64,000 nt of DNA from Clostridia bacterium (GCA_030637025.1 DAOVVV010000003.1:9672-73671); one strand, 5' to 3'. Positions 10,834 to 20,341 are shown, counted from the first letter of the stretch. Numbers and translations: made by a program. The notes: generated by a model from the sequence alone, not told the origin.

Positions 10834-12142
10834 TAGACCGTCCTTTTGTAAAAAAAAGATACCCCATAACCAAAGTAACAATTAACATAGTTAAAGCACG
10901 ATTCATTATTATTCCGTATGCTTTAAAATAAAAAACAAAAAATATTAAAGGGATCAACATCAACAAATAAATAATTTTTGAAATATAAAGCTCCTTATAA
11001 AACTGTTTTGCTTTAAAAAATGTTTCTAAATAAAAATTAGGAATTGCAAATAAAATTACAAGAAGGAATAACCTGGCATAAGAAGCGGCTTCTAAAAAAT
11101 TCTGACCATAAAATTTTTCTACAATAAAAGGAAAAACTAACCAACAACAAATTAGAGTCGGAACCATTAACCAATAAATATTTAAGTAACTTTTAAAAAA
11201 AATTAAAGCTTTTTTGATGGGTAATTTAACTAATCTGGGTTGTAAGTATTGTTGTGAAATAATACATAGATTTTTTAGAACATCAAAAAATTTTTTTCCT
11301 ATACTATAAAAAGCAAGTGATTGATATGAAAGGAATGTCCCAATTATAAATCTATCCATATTTCCATGAATACTGCCGATTATTGAGACGAAAGACAAGT
11401 TTTTCGCGTATAAAAAAAAATCATAACTAAATTGTGTAACTGATGTTAATCTTTTCCTTACATAATTAAACATAGTAAAATACACTAATAATTTCCAAAT
11501 AAGAGGTAATAGAACCAAAATAGACAAAGGAACGTATTGTCTATACAAATAATTTGACAACAAGTAATATCCTGTAGCCATAATAATTATTGAAAAAGAC
11601 ACCGTGCTCTCAAAAATAAAATATATCTTATATTCTTTTTTTCCTATAAAATAGGATTTATAGTAATCAAAAAGATTTATCACTCCGGTTAATATTCCAA
11701 CAATCAAAAACGCACTTGCAATATCCAAATCCTTTTTAATAAACCATATCATTACACTCAATAACAGAGAAAAAAGTAAAAAAAAGGGAAACAATTTAAT
11801 TTTCTTTTTAAAAGCAATTTCAAAATCTCCTTCCGTTTTTTTTACAGTAGAATTTATTAATGCATTTTCTATCCCCGGTAATAAAACAAACAAGACCATA
11901 CTACTTAAAGAAAAAATATAATAATATTGTCCGAAATATTCCGATCCAGCTAATCGAGCAAAGATAATACTGCCAACAAAGCCAAAAAAACATTTTATAA
12001 CTAAATTTAAAATTATCCAGGATCCATCAGCTATTTTTTTTATTTGGTAACGAATAGTGTATATTTCATTGTCTAATTCTATTTTTTCTATTAACATTAT
12101 ATTAGTTTTTTTTCTTTTATAAATTTTACAGCAATCCCACAC
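10826..12142 (-). CDS. wzx: polysaccharide flippase (Wzx / MOP superfamily)
   Basis: 438 aa with about 12 hydrophobic helices and no soluble domains, sitting in a Wzy-type locus. The start is ambiguous: GTG at 12142 (GGGGG 8 nt upstream) or ATG at 12097. Confidence 0.7.
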   Translation of the reverse strand: MWDCCKIYKRKKTNIMLIEKIELDNEIYTIRYQIKKIADGSWIILNLVIKCFFGFVGSIIFARLAGSEYFGQYYYIFSLSSMVLFVLLPGIENALINSTVKKTEGDFEIAFKKKIKLFPFFLLFSLLLSVMIWFIKKDLDIASAFLIVGILTGVINLFDYYKSYFIGKKEYKIYFIFESTVSFSIIIMATGYYLLSNYLYRQYVPLSILVLLPLIWKLLVYFTMFNYVRKRLTSVTQFSYDFFLYAKNLSFVSIIGSIHGNMDRFIIGTFLSYQSLAFYSIGKKFFDVLKNLCIISQQYLQPRLVKLPIKKALIFFKSYLNIYWLMVPTLICCWLVFPFIVEKFYGQNFLEAASYARLFLLVILFAIPNFYLETFFKAKQFYKELYISKIIYLLMLIPLIFFVFYFKAYGIIMNRALTMLIVTLVMGYLFFTKGRSNG

Positions 12143-12201
12143 ATATTAGCCCCCAAACAAAATATCATTTTTTAAACCCATTAATAAACATAATTATTAG
12201 T

Positions 12202-14049
12202 TTATCTTTCTTTAATATCAACTTTTTCCATTCTATCTCTTAATTCTCCGATGGCAGAATTATAGGGTTCAAGTTTTAATGCCTGATTAAAAAGGCAACT
12301 TGCTTTATCATAATCCCCCGAACTTCCCACCAACCAGGCATAACTTGCCCAATACCTGCCTATGGAGGGGGCTAATTTTATTGCCTGAACAATTTCTGAT
12401 TGAGACTGTCCAATTAAAAGTTGACGGACTCGTAAAGATTTGGTCTGCTTGACTGATTCTTTTTGATAAGTTAATCCTAATTGATAATGATAAAGGGCAT
12501 TTTTAGAATCTATAGATGCCGCTTTTCCTAAATTTCTCACCTTATCATTTCCAATACTTGCTTTACGCAAGTATCTATCAGCAGTATATACTTTCCCCAC
12601 TGAAAAGACAAATACAAAAGAACATATTACAAACAAAAAACCCACCAGATATGCACGAAAAGATTTAATGGGTATAACTATAAAAGGGGTTTTATCTTTA
12701 ATCAAATTAGACATCACCACAACTAAAGCCAATATTATTATAAAAAGTACGGCATTAGCAAATATATGTAGGTTAAAATCAATAAAACTGTGTAATAACA
12801 TCGTTACTATTGAAGTAAGCCCAGCGATAAGCAAACCCGATAATGAATAGTTGACTTTATTTTTTTTAGCAAAAATCAAACTTTTTATTGTTTGTTTAAA
12901 TAATAAAATAAAAAAACTCAACACAATTACAAAACCTACAATCCCCGTTTCTGTAAGCAGTTGTAAATAATCATTGTGGGCATACCTGAAAAACATTGTT
13001 ATCTCGGGAGGACGGTAAATAGGGAAAGTGCAAAAATAAGTACCCAATCCTGTTCCCAAAAGGGGGAAAGCCCTAACTATCCCCATTGAAGCCTGCCAGA
13101 CAGGTAAACGGGGAAAAAGAATTCCTCCTTCTCTGTCTGCCAGGGTAGCCAGGCGTTTTATTACCGGCGCCCAATCCAGCCAGAAGACAAAAAGAACTAC
13201 CGTTCCTAATATCCCTGCGATATACCATAGTTTATTCTTTTCCGCTTTTTTAAAGAAAAAAAACATTGTACTCAAAAAAATGGTTGCTCCCAGAAAAGAT
13301 AGCACCCCACCCCTGGATACAGAAATGACTAAACTGGAAATCATTACTATGGTTATAAATCCAATAAATACTTTTATGGAATTATTCAAGCGGGATAAAA
13401 TCAAACCAAAACTTAAAGGAATCACTAAATTTATGTATCCGGCGAAATGGTCACGATTAATATAGGGACCAAATGGAGCTCTGCGTATAATATTTTTGCA
13501 CCAATATATTTTACCGTTCCAGGTAAATTTTTGAATAATAGCAAAAATACAAATAAAAAAACCAGTCAAAACCATGACCCAAAAAATCCTTTTTATCTGT
13601 TTTTGGCTGTCTATGTTATTAATAATAATAAAAAAAAGCAGGGCATAAGTGGTTATTTTTAATAAATCAATATAAGTAGCATATTGATAAACCGATAAAC
13701 ATTGCACCCCCCAGTTATTAATAACCGGTATATGAGAGGAAACGCTATTATAAAAACGGTAAGTATCGGAAAAAAATTTAAGGATAAATTCAGGAAAGGG
13801 AATTATTTGAAATAAAATCAAAACTATAAATGCCAGAATGGGAATACTTAATGATTTTTTTAAAAAAACAATTTTTTTTTGAATTATTATTTTCAAAATC
13901 CAGGTTGCCAGCATCAAAAAAACAATCAACTCTATTACTGTCTGAGACCAAACCTCTACACTGCCAAAAGCAAGCGGACTAAAAACAATTAAGAATAATA
14001 CTCCTCCTTCGATAATACCGTCTAATATTTTTATTGCTTTATTCTTCAT
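12202..14049 (-). CDS. O-antigen-ligase-family (Wzy_C) membrane protein with C-terminal TPR domain
   Basis: 615 aa. It is polytopic with the classical motif YAHNDYLQLLTETGIVGFVIVL. The C-terminal ~130 aa are soluble with TPR-like repeats (ALYHYQLGLTYQKE..., ASCLFNQALKLEPYN). Confidence 0.75.
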   Translation of the reverse strand: MKNKAIKILDGIIEGGVLFLIVFSPLAFGSVEVWSQTVIELIVFLMLATWILKIIIQKKIVFLKKSLSIPILAFIVLILFQIIPFPEFILKFFSDTYRFYNSVSSHIPVINNWGVQCLSVYQYATYIDLLKITTYALLFFIIINNIDSQKQIKRIFWVMVLTGFFICIFAIIQKFTWNGKIYWCKNIIRRAPFGPYINRDHFAGYINLVIPLSFGLILSRLNNSIKVFIGFITIVMISSLVISVSRGGVLSFLGATIFLSTMFFFFKKAEKNKLWYIAGILGTVVLFVFWLDWAPVIKRLATLADREGGILFPRLPVWQASMGIVRAFPLLGTGLGTYFCTFPIYRPPEITMFFRYAHNDYLQLLTETGIVGFVIVLSFFILLFKQTIKSLIFAKKNKVNYSLSGLLIAGLTSIVTMLLHSFIDFNLHIFANAVLFIIILALVVVMSNLIKDKTPFIVIPIKSFRAYLVGFLFVICSFVFVFSVGKVYTADRYLRKASIGNDKVRNLGKAASIDSKNALYHYQLGLTYQKESVKQTKSLRVRQLLIGQSQSEIVQAIKLAPSIGRYWASYAWLVGSSGDYDKASCLFNQALKLEPYNSAIGELRDRMEKVDIKER

Positions 14050-14082
14050 TTATTCATTGTCTTATGCTATTTTTAAATGATT

Positions 14083-15810
14083 TTACTTGTACTGGTCAGA
14101 ATAATAACTATATTCACTTTTTTCCACATCAATATTATTCAATACCGCACCCAAAATCCGGGCATTAACTTCTCGTAATATTTTTGTTGCCCGCTTTATA
14201 ACTTGACGGCTCACCTTTCCCCAACAAACTACCTGAATTACTCCATCTACTACCGTAGATAAACCAAGTACATCACTTACCGGAATAATCGGTGGAGAAT
14301 CTAAAATAACCCGGTCAAATTTAGTTTTAAGCAATTGCATAAATTGTTCAAGATTTTGCGGATTCAACAGTTCAGCAGGATTGGGAGCAAAAGCACCGGA
14401 AAAAATTACACTTAAATTTTTTACTTCCGTTTCTTTAATAATCTCATCTAATTCCGCCTCCCCCACCAAATAATCACTTACTCCTTTACCGTTTTTCAAG
14501 GTAAAAATTTTATGCACTGACGGCCGACGCAGGTCACAATCAACCAGCAGGGTTTTTTCTCCTAATTGAGCAAAAGCAGCAGCAAGATTGACGGCAGTAA
14601 ATGTTTTTCCTTCCTGAGGCCCCGTACTGGTAACTAAAATAGTTTTTAGTTTGTCCTTGGGTAAAGAAAAAATAAGCTTTGACCTAATGCTTTTTATCAA
14701 TTCGGAAATAATGGATTCGGAATGAACATTAACAAATAAATCTTTGTCCCTTACATTCTTATCTTTTCGTTTGTTATTGTTTATTTTCGGGATAAACCCA
14801 AGAAATACTAAACCTAAATATTGCTCAATATCCCTATCTCCTTTAACCGTATCATCCAGATATTCAAAGAGAAAAGCTAACCCACAGCCTCCCATTAAAC
14901 CAGCCATAATTGCTAAAATAATATTTAATTTAACTTTTGGCTTTATAGGAATATCAGGTATTTCCGCTTTATCAATTATCCTGATATTATTACCCCTTAG
15001 AGCACCGGAAAGTTCTGTTTTAAGACTTTCTACCACCCGTTTAGTTTCCCAGTTAATTCTATCTTCCATTCTCTCTAAAGTACTGGTTAATTCAATCATT
15101 GTAGGGTGTTTCTTTTTATAGCGTTTAGATAAATTAGCATATTTTGCTTCTACTTCTGCATGATCCATTTTAAGTTGTTGAATTAAAGGATTGTTTATTA
15201 CTGAAGGTAAAGAAGAAAGCTTTTCTGTATTTATGGCCAAATCTTCTATTTTTTCATAAGAACGCTCTTCCTCCGGTAATTTAGCTAAAATGCCCCTGGC
15301 AATAAAAATACTGCTTTCCAGATTTTGTTGAATATAAACATCGGCAAGGGTATTAACCATTTCAGCAGCTAATTGAGGATCTCCATATTCTACACTAATA
15401 TCCACTAACCTACTATTCCTTATAGGATTTACTTTGACATATTTTAAAAACAGAGTTACTGTATCTTTTTTAGTACCTGCTGTAAACCCTGATATTCTTT
15501 CTAAATGTAATTTCTTTACTACTTCCCGGGCAAAACGGCGACTTTTTATGATTTTGTACTGGGTTTGATAATAATCCTCCTGAGAGGTTTCCACTCCTAC
15601 AATTTCCTGAAAAGACATATTATTACTTTTTTCTTTTTCAATTAAAAGCCGGGTAGTGGCTTCATATACAGGCTTCATTTTAAATGAACCAATTGCCACT
15701 ATAGTTACTAAAATTATAAAGAAATTAAAAACAGTCCATTTCCTTTTAAGGATGACCCTTAAATAATCTTTAAAAGATACTTCTTCTTCCCAGGATTGAT
15801 TATTTTGCAT
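14083..15810 (-). CDS. wzc: polysaccharide co-polymerase / tyrosine autokinase (Wzc, BY-kinase)
   Basis: 575 aa. An N-terminal TM is followed by a Wzz-like periplasmic region and a second TM. Kinase motifs are Walker A VTSTGPQEGKT, Walker A' LLVDCDLRRP and Walker B VILDSPP. The tail is Tyr-rich (EKSEYSYYSDQYK). Confidence 0.9.
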   Translation of the reverse strand: MQNNQSWEEEVSFKDYLRVILKRKWTVFNFFIILVTIVAIGSFKMKPVYEATTRLLIEKEKSNNMSFQEIVGVETSQEDYYQTQYKIIKSRRFAREVVKKLHLERISGFTAGTKKDTVTLFLKYVKVNPIRNSRLVDISVEYGDPQLAAEMVNTLADVYIQQNLESSIFIARGILAKLPEEERSYEKIEDLAINTEKLSSLPSVINNPLIQQLKMDHAEVEAKYANLSKRYKKKHPTMIELTSTLERMEDRINWETKRVVESLKTELSGALRGNNIRIIDKAEIPDIPIKPKVKLNIILAIMAGLMGGCGLAFLFEYLDDTVKGDRDIEQYLGLVFLGFIPKINNNKRKDKNVRDKDLFVNVHSESIISELIKSIRSKLIFSLPKDKLKTILVTSTGPQEGKTFTAVNLAAAFAQLGEKTLLVDCDLRRPSVHKIFTLKNGKGVSDYLVGEAELDEIIKETEVKNLSVIFSGAFAPNPAELLNPQNLEQFMQLLKTKFDRVILDSPPIIPVSDVLGLSTVVDGVIQVVCWGKVSRQVIKRATKILREVNARILGAVLNNIDVEKSEYSYYSDQYK

Positions 15811-15843
15811 AAAATTTAATCTTCCTTTTTTTTGTTTTTAAAA

Positions 15844-15964
15844 AACCAACTACCCTGCAGCAAACTGCAAGACCCTTCGACTCCCTACAGTTGCCTCAGA
15901 ATCAATTCGACTACAGACTTTTCATCAGCTTCGCTGATGAAAAGTCTGTAGTCTCATTGAAATT
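15844..15964. repeat. GC-rich REP-like element, copy A (family also at 16735..16794 and 23512..23633), containing a perfect 19-bp hairpin at 15911..15951
   Basis: The core AACCAACTACCCTGCA...GACCCTTCGACTCCCTACAGTT is shared with copy B and, inverted, with copy C. The hairpin is CTACAGACTTTTCATCAGC-TTC-GCTGATGAAAAGTCTGTAG. The element lies between wzc and wza. Confidence 0.8.
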
Positions 15965-16025
15965 AAAAAAAACCCTCTTTATTGTAATACTTAGCATCTA
16001 TTAAAAAAAGAGGATTTTCGTTTTA

Positions 16026-16685
16026 CTAAAAAAATGTTTCAGGAATGACAATAATATCATTGGGCTTCAAAATAACATCCTTACTTTTGTCTCCTTTTTT
16101 TGTTATATCCGTTATTTTAACTATCACATTCTTCTCTACTCCATTTTCTATTCTGACAATTTTAGTCTTATCTACTGCAGCCAATTTGGTAAAACCGCCG
16201 GCCAGGGAAATAGCTTCCAATATAGTAAAGGATCTTTGTAACGGTAAATCATAAGACCCGGGTTTATTTACCGCTCCTAAAATAAAAATCTTCCGGGGAT
16301 GATATTCCTCAATAAAAATACTAACATGCGGATTTATTAAATAATCCTTTTTAAAAAGGTTAACTATTTTATTCTCTGCTTTAGAAACGGTCAATCCCGC
16401 TATTTTTACTTTACCTATAAGAGGATATGAAATGTACCCTGACTGAGAAACTCTGACTGTCCGATTAAGGTCTTTTTCCTGGTATACATTGATTCTTAAA
16501 ATATCGGAAGGAGAAATTTGATATTCTTTTTGGATTGCCTGTTTAATCAATATTTTTTTTTGTTTAGCAAAACTTTCCGGACGGATATTATTTCTTCCTG
16601 ACCGGCCGCAACTTAAATTTAATAACAAAAAAAATAGTCCTATTATAAAAAAAATAAATTTATTAATCCGCTTCTTCTGTTTCAT
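16026..16685 (-). CDS. wza: short outer-membrane polysaccharide export (OPX, Wza-like) protein, probable lipoprotein
   Basis: 219 aa. The signal peptide ends in LNLSC. A polysaccharide-export N-terminal region (ISPSDILRINVYQEKDL) and one SLBB-like domain (IFILGAVNKPGSYDL) are present. There is no C-terminal extension that could form a Wza-type OM helix. Confidence 0.8.
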   Translation of the reverse strand: MKQKKRINKFIFFIIGLFFLLLNLSCGRSGRNNIRPESFAKQKKILIKQAIQKEYQISPSDILRINVYQEKDLNRTVRVSQSGYISYPLIGKVKIAGLTVSKAENKIVNLFKKDYLINPHVSIFIEEYHPRKIFILGAVNKPGSYDLPLQRSFTILEAISLAGGFTKLAAVDKTKIVRIENGVEKNVIVKITDITKKGDKSKDVILKPNDIIVIPETFF

Positions 16686-16734
16686 TTATTCTTAACACGT
16701 TCATTTATTAAATAAAATTTAATAATTATTTTAA

Positions 16735-16794
16735 AGCCAACTACCCCGCAAAATTAAACCCGCGACCCTTCGACTCCCCACGGTTCAATGAGAC
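16735..16794. repeat. GC-rich REP-like element, copy B
   Basis: AGCCAACTACCCCGCAAAATTAAACCCGCGACCCTTCGACTCCCCACGGTTCAATGAGAC shares its core with 15844..15893. It ends exactly at the stop codon of the barrel gene (16795). Confidence 0.75.
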
Positions 16795-17976
16795 TTAAAA
16801 AGCAACTTCAATATTAACCGATGACTGATTATTATCATAATCATGGTTGTCAAAATTAGAATCTCTTTTTCGGTATTTGTAATTAATACCTAACGATATC
16901 CATTCCTGAACTTTATAATCCAGTCCCAGCGTTCCTTCTAAAATATAATCCGCTCTTTTCTGCGATATATCATTTTCCGTAGTTTCCAGCGGATAATTAT
17001 TAAAATATCCGCCTAAACCTATTGAAGCTGTAGTTTTATAATTAATACTCTGAGTAAATTTTAGAAAACCGCGGGTAGAATTAAAATAATTATTGTTTAA
17101 ATAAAAAGATTCACAAGCCTTACTCTGAGCAGATAAAGTAAACAAACTATATTCTGAAAACTTCTCTATCATTTCCATATTAAAAACAACCGTACTAAAA
17201 TCCTCTGTTGTCTCTTCTTCATAATCTCTCGATTCCATACCCGCTTTTATTGTAAGCAAAAAACGAGGGGTTATTTCTTTTCTTAAACCTGCCTTAATTT
17301 GAACAAAAGTTGAATTATTATCGCGATTCACATAATCAATCATCCCATAATTACCCTCTATTAAAAAAGAAGTCCTTGGTAAAAATTTATAAAAAACAAC
17401 CGGTCCAAAAGATAATTCATTTCGGTCATAAGTTTCATAAGCATCTTCTTTATAAAGATAACTATTATAAATAGTTACCAGTTCAAATATAATTTTTTTA
17501 TTTGTCCTCAACCCAACTTTAGCCTGAATATTAACATCTTTGTGTTCTATTCTCTCAGTCAATTCCACTGTTGGAGGGTCACAACCATCTTTAAAAAACG
17601 AACGCACTCTTAAATATGCCCTATCAGGAAAATTTAAATCGGCTATCAAGCTAATATTTTGCCTTTCACTGTTATTTTTTTCACTTTCTTCGCCGTAACT
17701 TACCAAATCAAAATGATACCCTAAACCAAAGGAATGGGTTTTTAACAGCATTTTTAAATCTAAACCCGGAGACACTTCGCTGATAAAACTTTGTTGTTTA
17801 TTTTCCGGTTCTAAATAAATATTATCATCCACCATACCTTTAAAATTTACATATGGGTGTATTTGAAACAAACCGGAATTAAAAGTTTGTCCCCACACAG
17901 AAGAAGCCATAGATAATATTATAATAACAAAACATATCCTGAAAAAATTTTTCCTTAATTCTTGCAATTTAACCAT
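16795..17976 (-). CDS. outer-membrane beta-barrel protein (polysaccharide-locus associated)
   Basis: 393 aa. It has a signal peptide (ILSMASSVWGQ), alternating-hydrophobicity strands throughout and a terminal aromatic residue (NIEVAF). The N-terminal motif VDDNIYLEP is typical of EPS-associated barrels. Confidence 0.7.
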   Translation of the reverse strand: MVKLQELRKNFFRICFVIIILSMASSVWGQTFNSGLFQIHPYVNFKGMVDDNIYLEPENKQQSFISEVSPGLDLKMLLKTHSFGLGYHFDLVSYGEESEKNNSERQNISLIADLNFPDRAYLRVRSFFKDGCDPPTVELTERIEHKDVNIQAKVGLRTNKKIIFELVTIYNSYLYKEDAYETYDRNELSFGPVVFYKFLPRTSFLIEGNYGMIDYVNRDNNSTFVQIKAGLRKEITPRFLLTIKAGMESRDYEEETTEDFSTVVFNMEMIEKFSEYSLFTLSAQSKACESFYLNNNYFNSTRGFLKFTQSINYKTTASIGLGGYFNNYPLETTENDISQKRADYILEGTLGLDYKVQEWISLGINYKYRKRDSNFDNHDYDNNQSSVNIEVAF

Positions 17977-17996
17977 TTTGTCCCCTTTTTATTTGG

Positions 17997-18626
17997 CTAA
18001 GGAAGATGAGGACTAGCCTCTAACTCTTCGATTACTTCCGGTTCCGGTTGAGGAAGATTTGATAAACGGCCTGTAATGTTTAGAAAACTCTTTATTATTG
18101 AACCTTGATTTGCTGTAAATCTTTCCTGTCCTCTTGTTACCCTGATTTTTCCTTTAATAACCGTTATTTTTGCTATTTTGCTAATTTCATCAATGGTGAT
18201 TTTTATCTTATCTCCCTTATTAACAATAACAAACATATCCCCTACGGATACTCTTATATTTGTTTTGCTTTCCTTAGGGACTACAACAGTAACTGTTCCT
18301 GTTTTTCGATTTTCCCAGAGTTTAATCCTTCCCCCTTTTTTAATAGTTATTTCTCCTACCCCTATATTTAACCGAGCTCTTCCCCAGACAACCTCTACCA
18401 TAGACCCTGATGGAATCCATGGGAGTTTGTCTTCTAAATCCACATGAAAAACCTTATTATCCGGACGGGTTACTATTATAGAACCGGTCCGCATCACTAC
18501 CTCAATACGGGATGGTTTATCGAAAACTCTTTTACTTCCCATAGCAAATAGAGAAGAATAACCAAACAACAACATTATTATCAAGACCATACTACTAAAA
18601 AATACCTGCTTAATTCTTGTTTTCAT
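17997..18626 (-). CDS. secreted beta-rich protein, tentatively FecR-like
   Basis: 209 aa with an N-terminal signal/anchor (VLIIMLLFGYSSLFA). The beta-strand-rich body has repeated V/I-x-V patterns. It sits immediately downstream of the cyclase. The family call is weak. Confidence 0.5.
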   Translation of the reverse strand: MKTRIKQVFFSSMVLIIMLLFGYSSLFAMGSKRVFDKPSRIEVVMRTGSIIVTRPDNKVFHVDLEDKLPWIPSGSMVEVVWGRARLNIGVGEITIKKGGRIKLWENRKTGTVTVVVPKESKTNIRVSVGDMFVIVNKGDKIKITIDEISKIAKITVIKGKIRVTRGQERFTANQGSIIKSFLNITGRLSNLPQPEPEVIEELEASPHLP

Positions 18627-18709
18627 TAATATCTCCTTCCAGATTTTATACTCTATAATATCTACCTGTTAAGTGTCAAGTAAAATATCAATCTATTTCT
18701 GTATTCAAC

Positions 18710-20044
18710 CTATTTCATACCCAATACTTCATAAACGGAAACAGCTTGTTCTCTTCCTTTTACCTTAATCGGCTCCAAAGAACGAATCAGACAATAATTT
18801 TTTACCTGTAAATAAGTCTTTTCACTTATATAAACCTGCCCCCGTTCACTAACCCTTTCTATCCTTTCTGCTAAATTTACCGGATCCCCAATTACTGTAT
18901 ATTCCATTCTTCGGCGAGTCCCCACACTCCCGGCGATAACCTCTCCTGTACTTATGCCAATACCTACACTTATTGGATCCTCGTTGTTTTTTTCCCTTTC
19001 TATATTAAAACGTTTAAGTCTCTCTTGAATTTCTAAGCCGGAACTAACGGCTTTTAAGGAAGCATTTTTTTGTTCTACCGGAGCACCCCAAAAAGCCATT
19101 ACCTGATCTCCGACATATTTATCTATAACCCCTTCATATTTAAATATTACATCCACCATTATAGCAAAACACTTATTTAATAATTCTACCACTTTCTGAG
19201 GAGGAATACTTGCCGCCAAAGCAGTAAATCCCCTTATATCGGCAAACAAAATAGTAACCTCCCTTTTTTCTCCTTCATCGGTTAACTGCTTTTTATCCCT
19301 TTGAGAAAGAATCTTATTTACTACCTGTTTAGCCACGTAAGTTCCAAACATTCGTTCAATAAATCCTTTTTCTTTCAATGATTTAACCATATTATTAAAA
19401 CTCTTAGCTAACACACCAATTTCATCATTACTTCCGGATTCTATTTGTATCTGAACATTCTCAAAATCATTACGATTAATTCTCTTGCTTATTTCTTTGA
19501 CTTGAGAAATAAGCTTGTTAATCGGCTTAACTATAACGATGGAAACAGCGATATTGGTTATAATAATCCAGATAATTAGTATCACCCCGGTTATACCAAT
19601 TATCGTATGGCGAATATTTTGTATTGTTTGTTCTATGCTTTTCAGGGAAAAACCAAAACAAGCACTTCCAATCTTTTCATTTCCAAACATAACCGGCACA
19701 CAAAAATCATACACCTCTTCTTTGCTGTAATCACCTGCTTTTTCACTGCTGCGAATTACTTTACCTTTTGCATCTAAAATTTTAGCATAAACTATATCCT
19801 CATCCTTTAACATCGCCCGGGTAAAAGAGGAGAGCATAAAAGTATCCGGTTCGGGAAGAAGAAATTCCCGCAAATTTTCTACGACACTTTTTGTTGAAGA
19901 CTCAATACGATCAATCGAAACTTCTCTCATTTTTTTATTTACGACATTTAAAACAACCGTATAAAGACAAATACCGGTAGCTAAAATAGGCACACTGACT
20001 AAAATTATTGATTTAATTTTTAACTTTATCCTTTTTCTAAACAC
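18710..20044 (-). CDS. membrane-bound class III nucleotidyl cyclase (TM-sensor-TM-HAMP-CYC), probably adenylate cyclase
   Basis: 444 aa with a GTG start. The catalytic core shows VTILFADIRGFTALAAS, KYVGDQVMAFWGAP and EYTVIGDPVNLAERI. The Lys (in KYVGD) plus Thr (in YTV) pair fits class IIIb adenylate cyclases. The HAMP region contains IVKPINKLI...NDEIGVLAKSFNNMV. Confidence 0.85.
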   Translation of the reverse strand: MFRKRIKLKIKSIILVSVPILATGICLYTVVLNVVNKKMREVSIDRIESSTKSVVENLREFLLPEPDTFMLSSFTRAMLKDEDIVYAKILDAKGKVIRSSEKAGDYSKEEVYDFCVPVMFGNEKIGSACFGFSLKSIEQTIQNIRHTIIGITGVILIIWIIITNIAVSIVIVKPINKLISQVKEISKRINRNDFENVQIQIESGSNDEIGVLAKSFNNMVKSLKEKGFIERMFGTYVAKQVVNKILSQRDKKQLTDEGEKREVTILFADIRGFTALAASIPPQKVVELLNKCFAIMVDVIFKYEGVIDKYVGDQVMAFWGAPVEQKNASLKAVSSGLEIQERLKRFNIEREKNNEDPISVGIGISTGEVIAGSVGTRRRMEYTVIGDPVNLAERIERVSERGQVYISEKTYLQVKNYCLIRSLEPIKVKGREQAVSVYEVLGMK

Positions 20045-20341
20045 AATTCGTTACCTGCTTATACTTTAAAATTAGCTCTCTCAATAAACAAATAATACAA
20101 TATTTCATTTTTTAAAATTAAAACATCTTAAGACTATTTAAAATACTATAACATTCATTGAAAAAAGTCAATATCCTTTCTATTATTCAGCCAAAAAACT
20201 GTTTTTCCTTTCAAGTATTACTTAAATCCTTTGTACAAGGCTTATAATCTTTCTATCTAAAAATGGTTTTTTTCTTGCTATTATTATCCTTTTGTGTTAT
20301 TTTTATAAAAAAGATATTCCCTTAATTTTAAAAAGAGGCCA

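Noticed and set aside
15974-16013. Terminator-like structure between wza and wzc on the minus strand: CCTCTTT ... AAAGAGG followed by GTTTTTTT.
   Set aside because: The stem is only 7 bp and AT-rich, with a 26-nt loop. A terminator inside a probable wza-wzc transcription unit is not expected. It is kept only as a note under the REP-like element finding.
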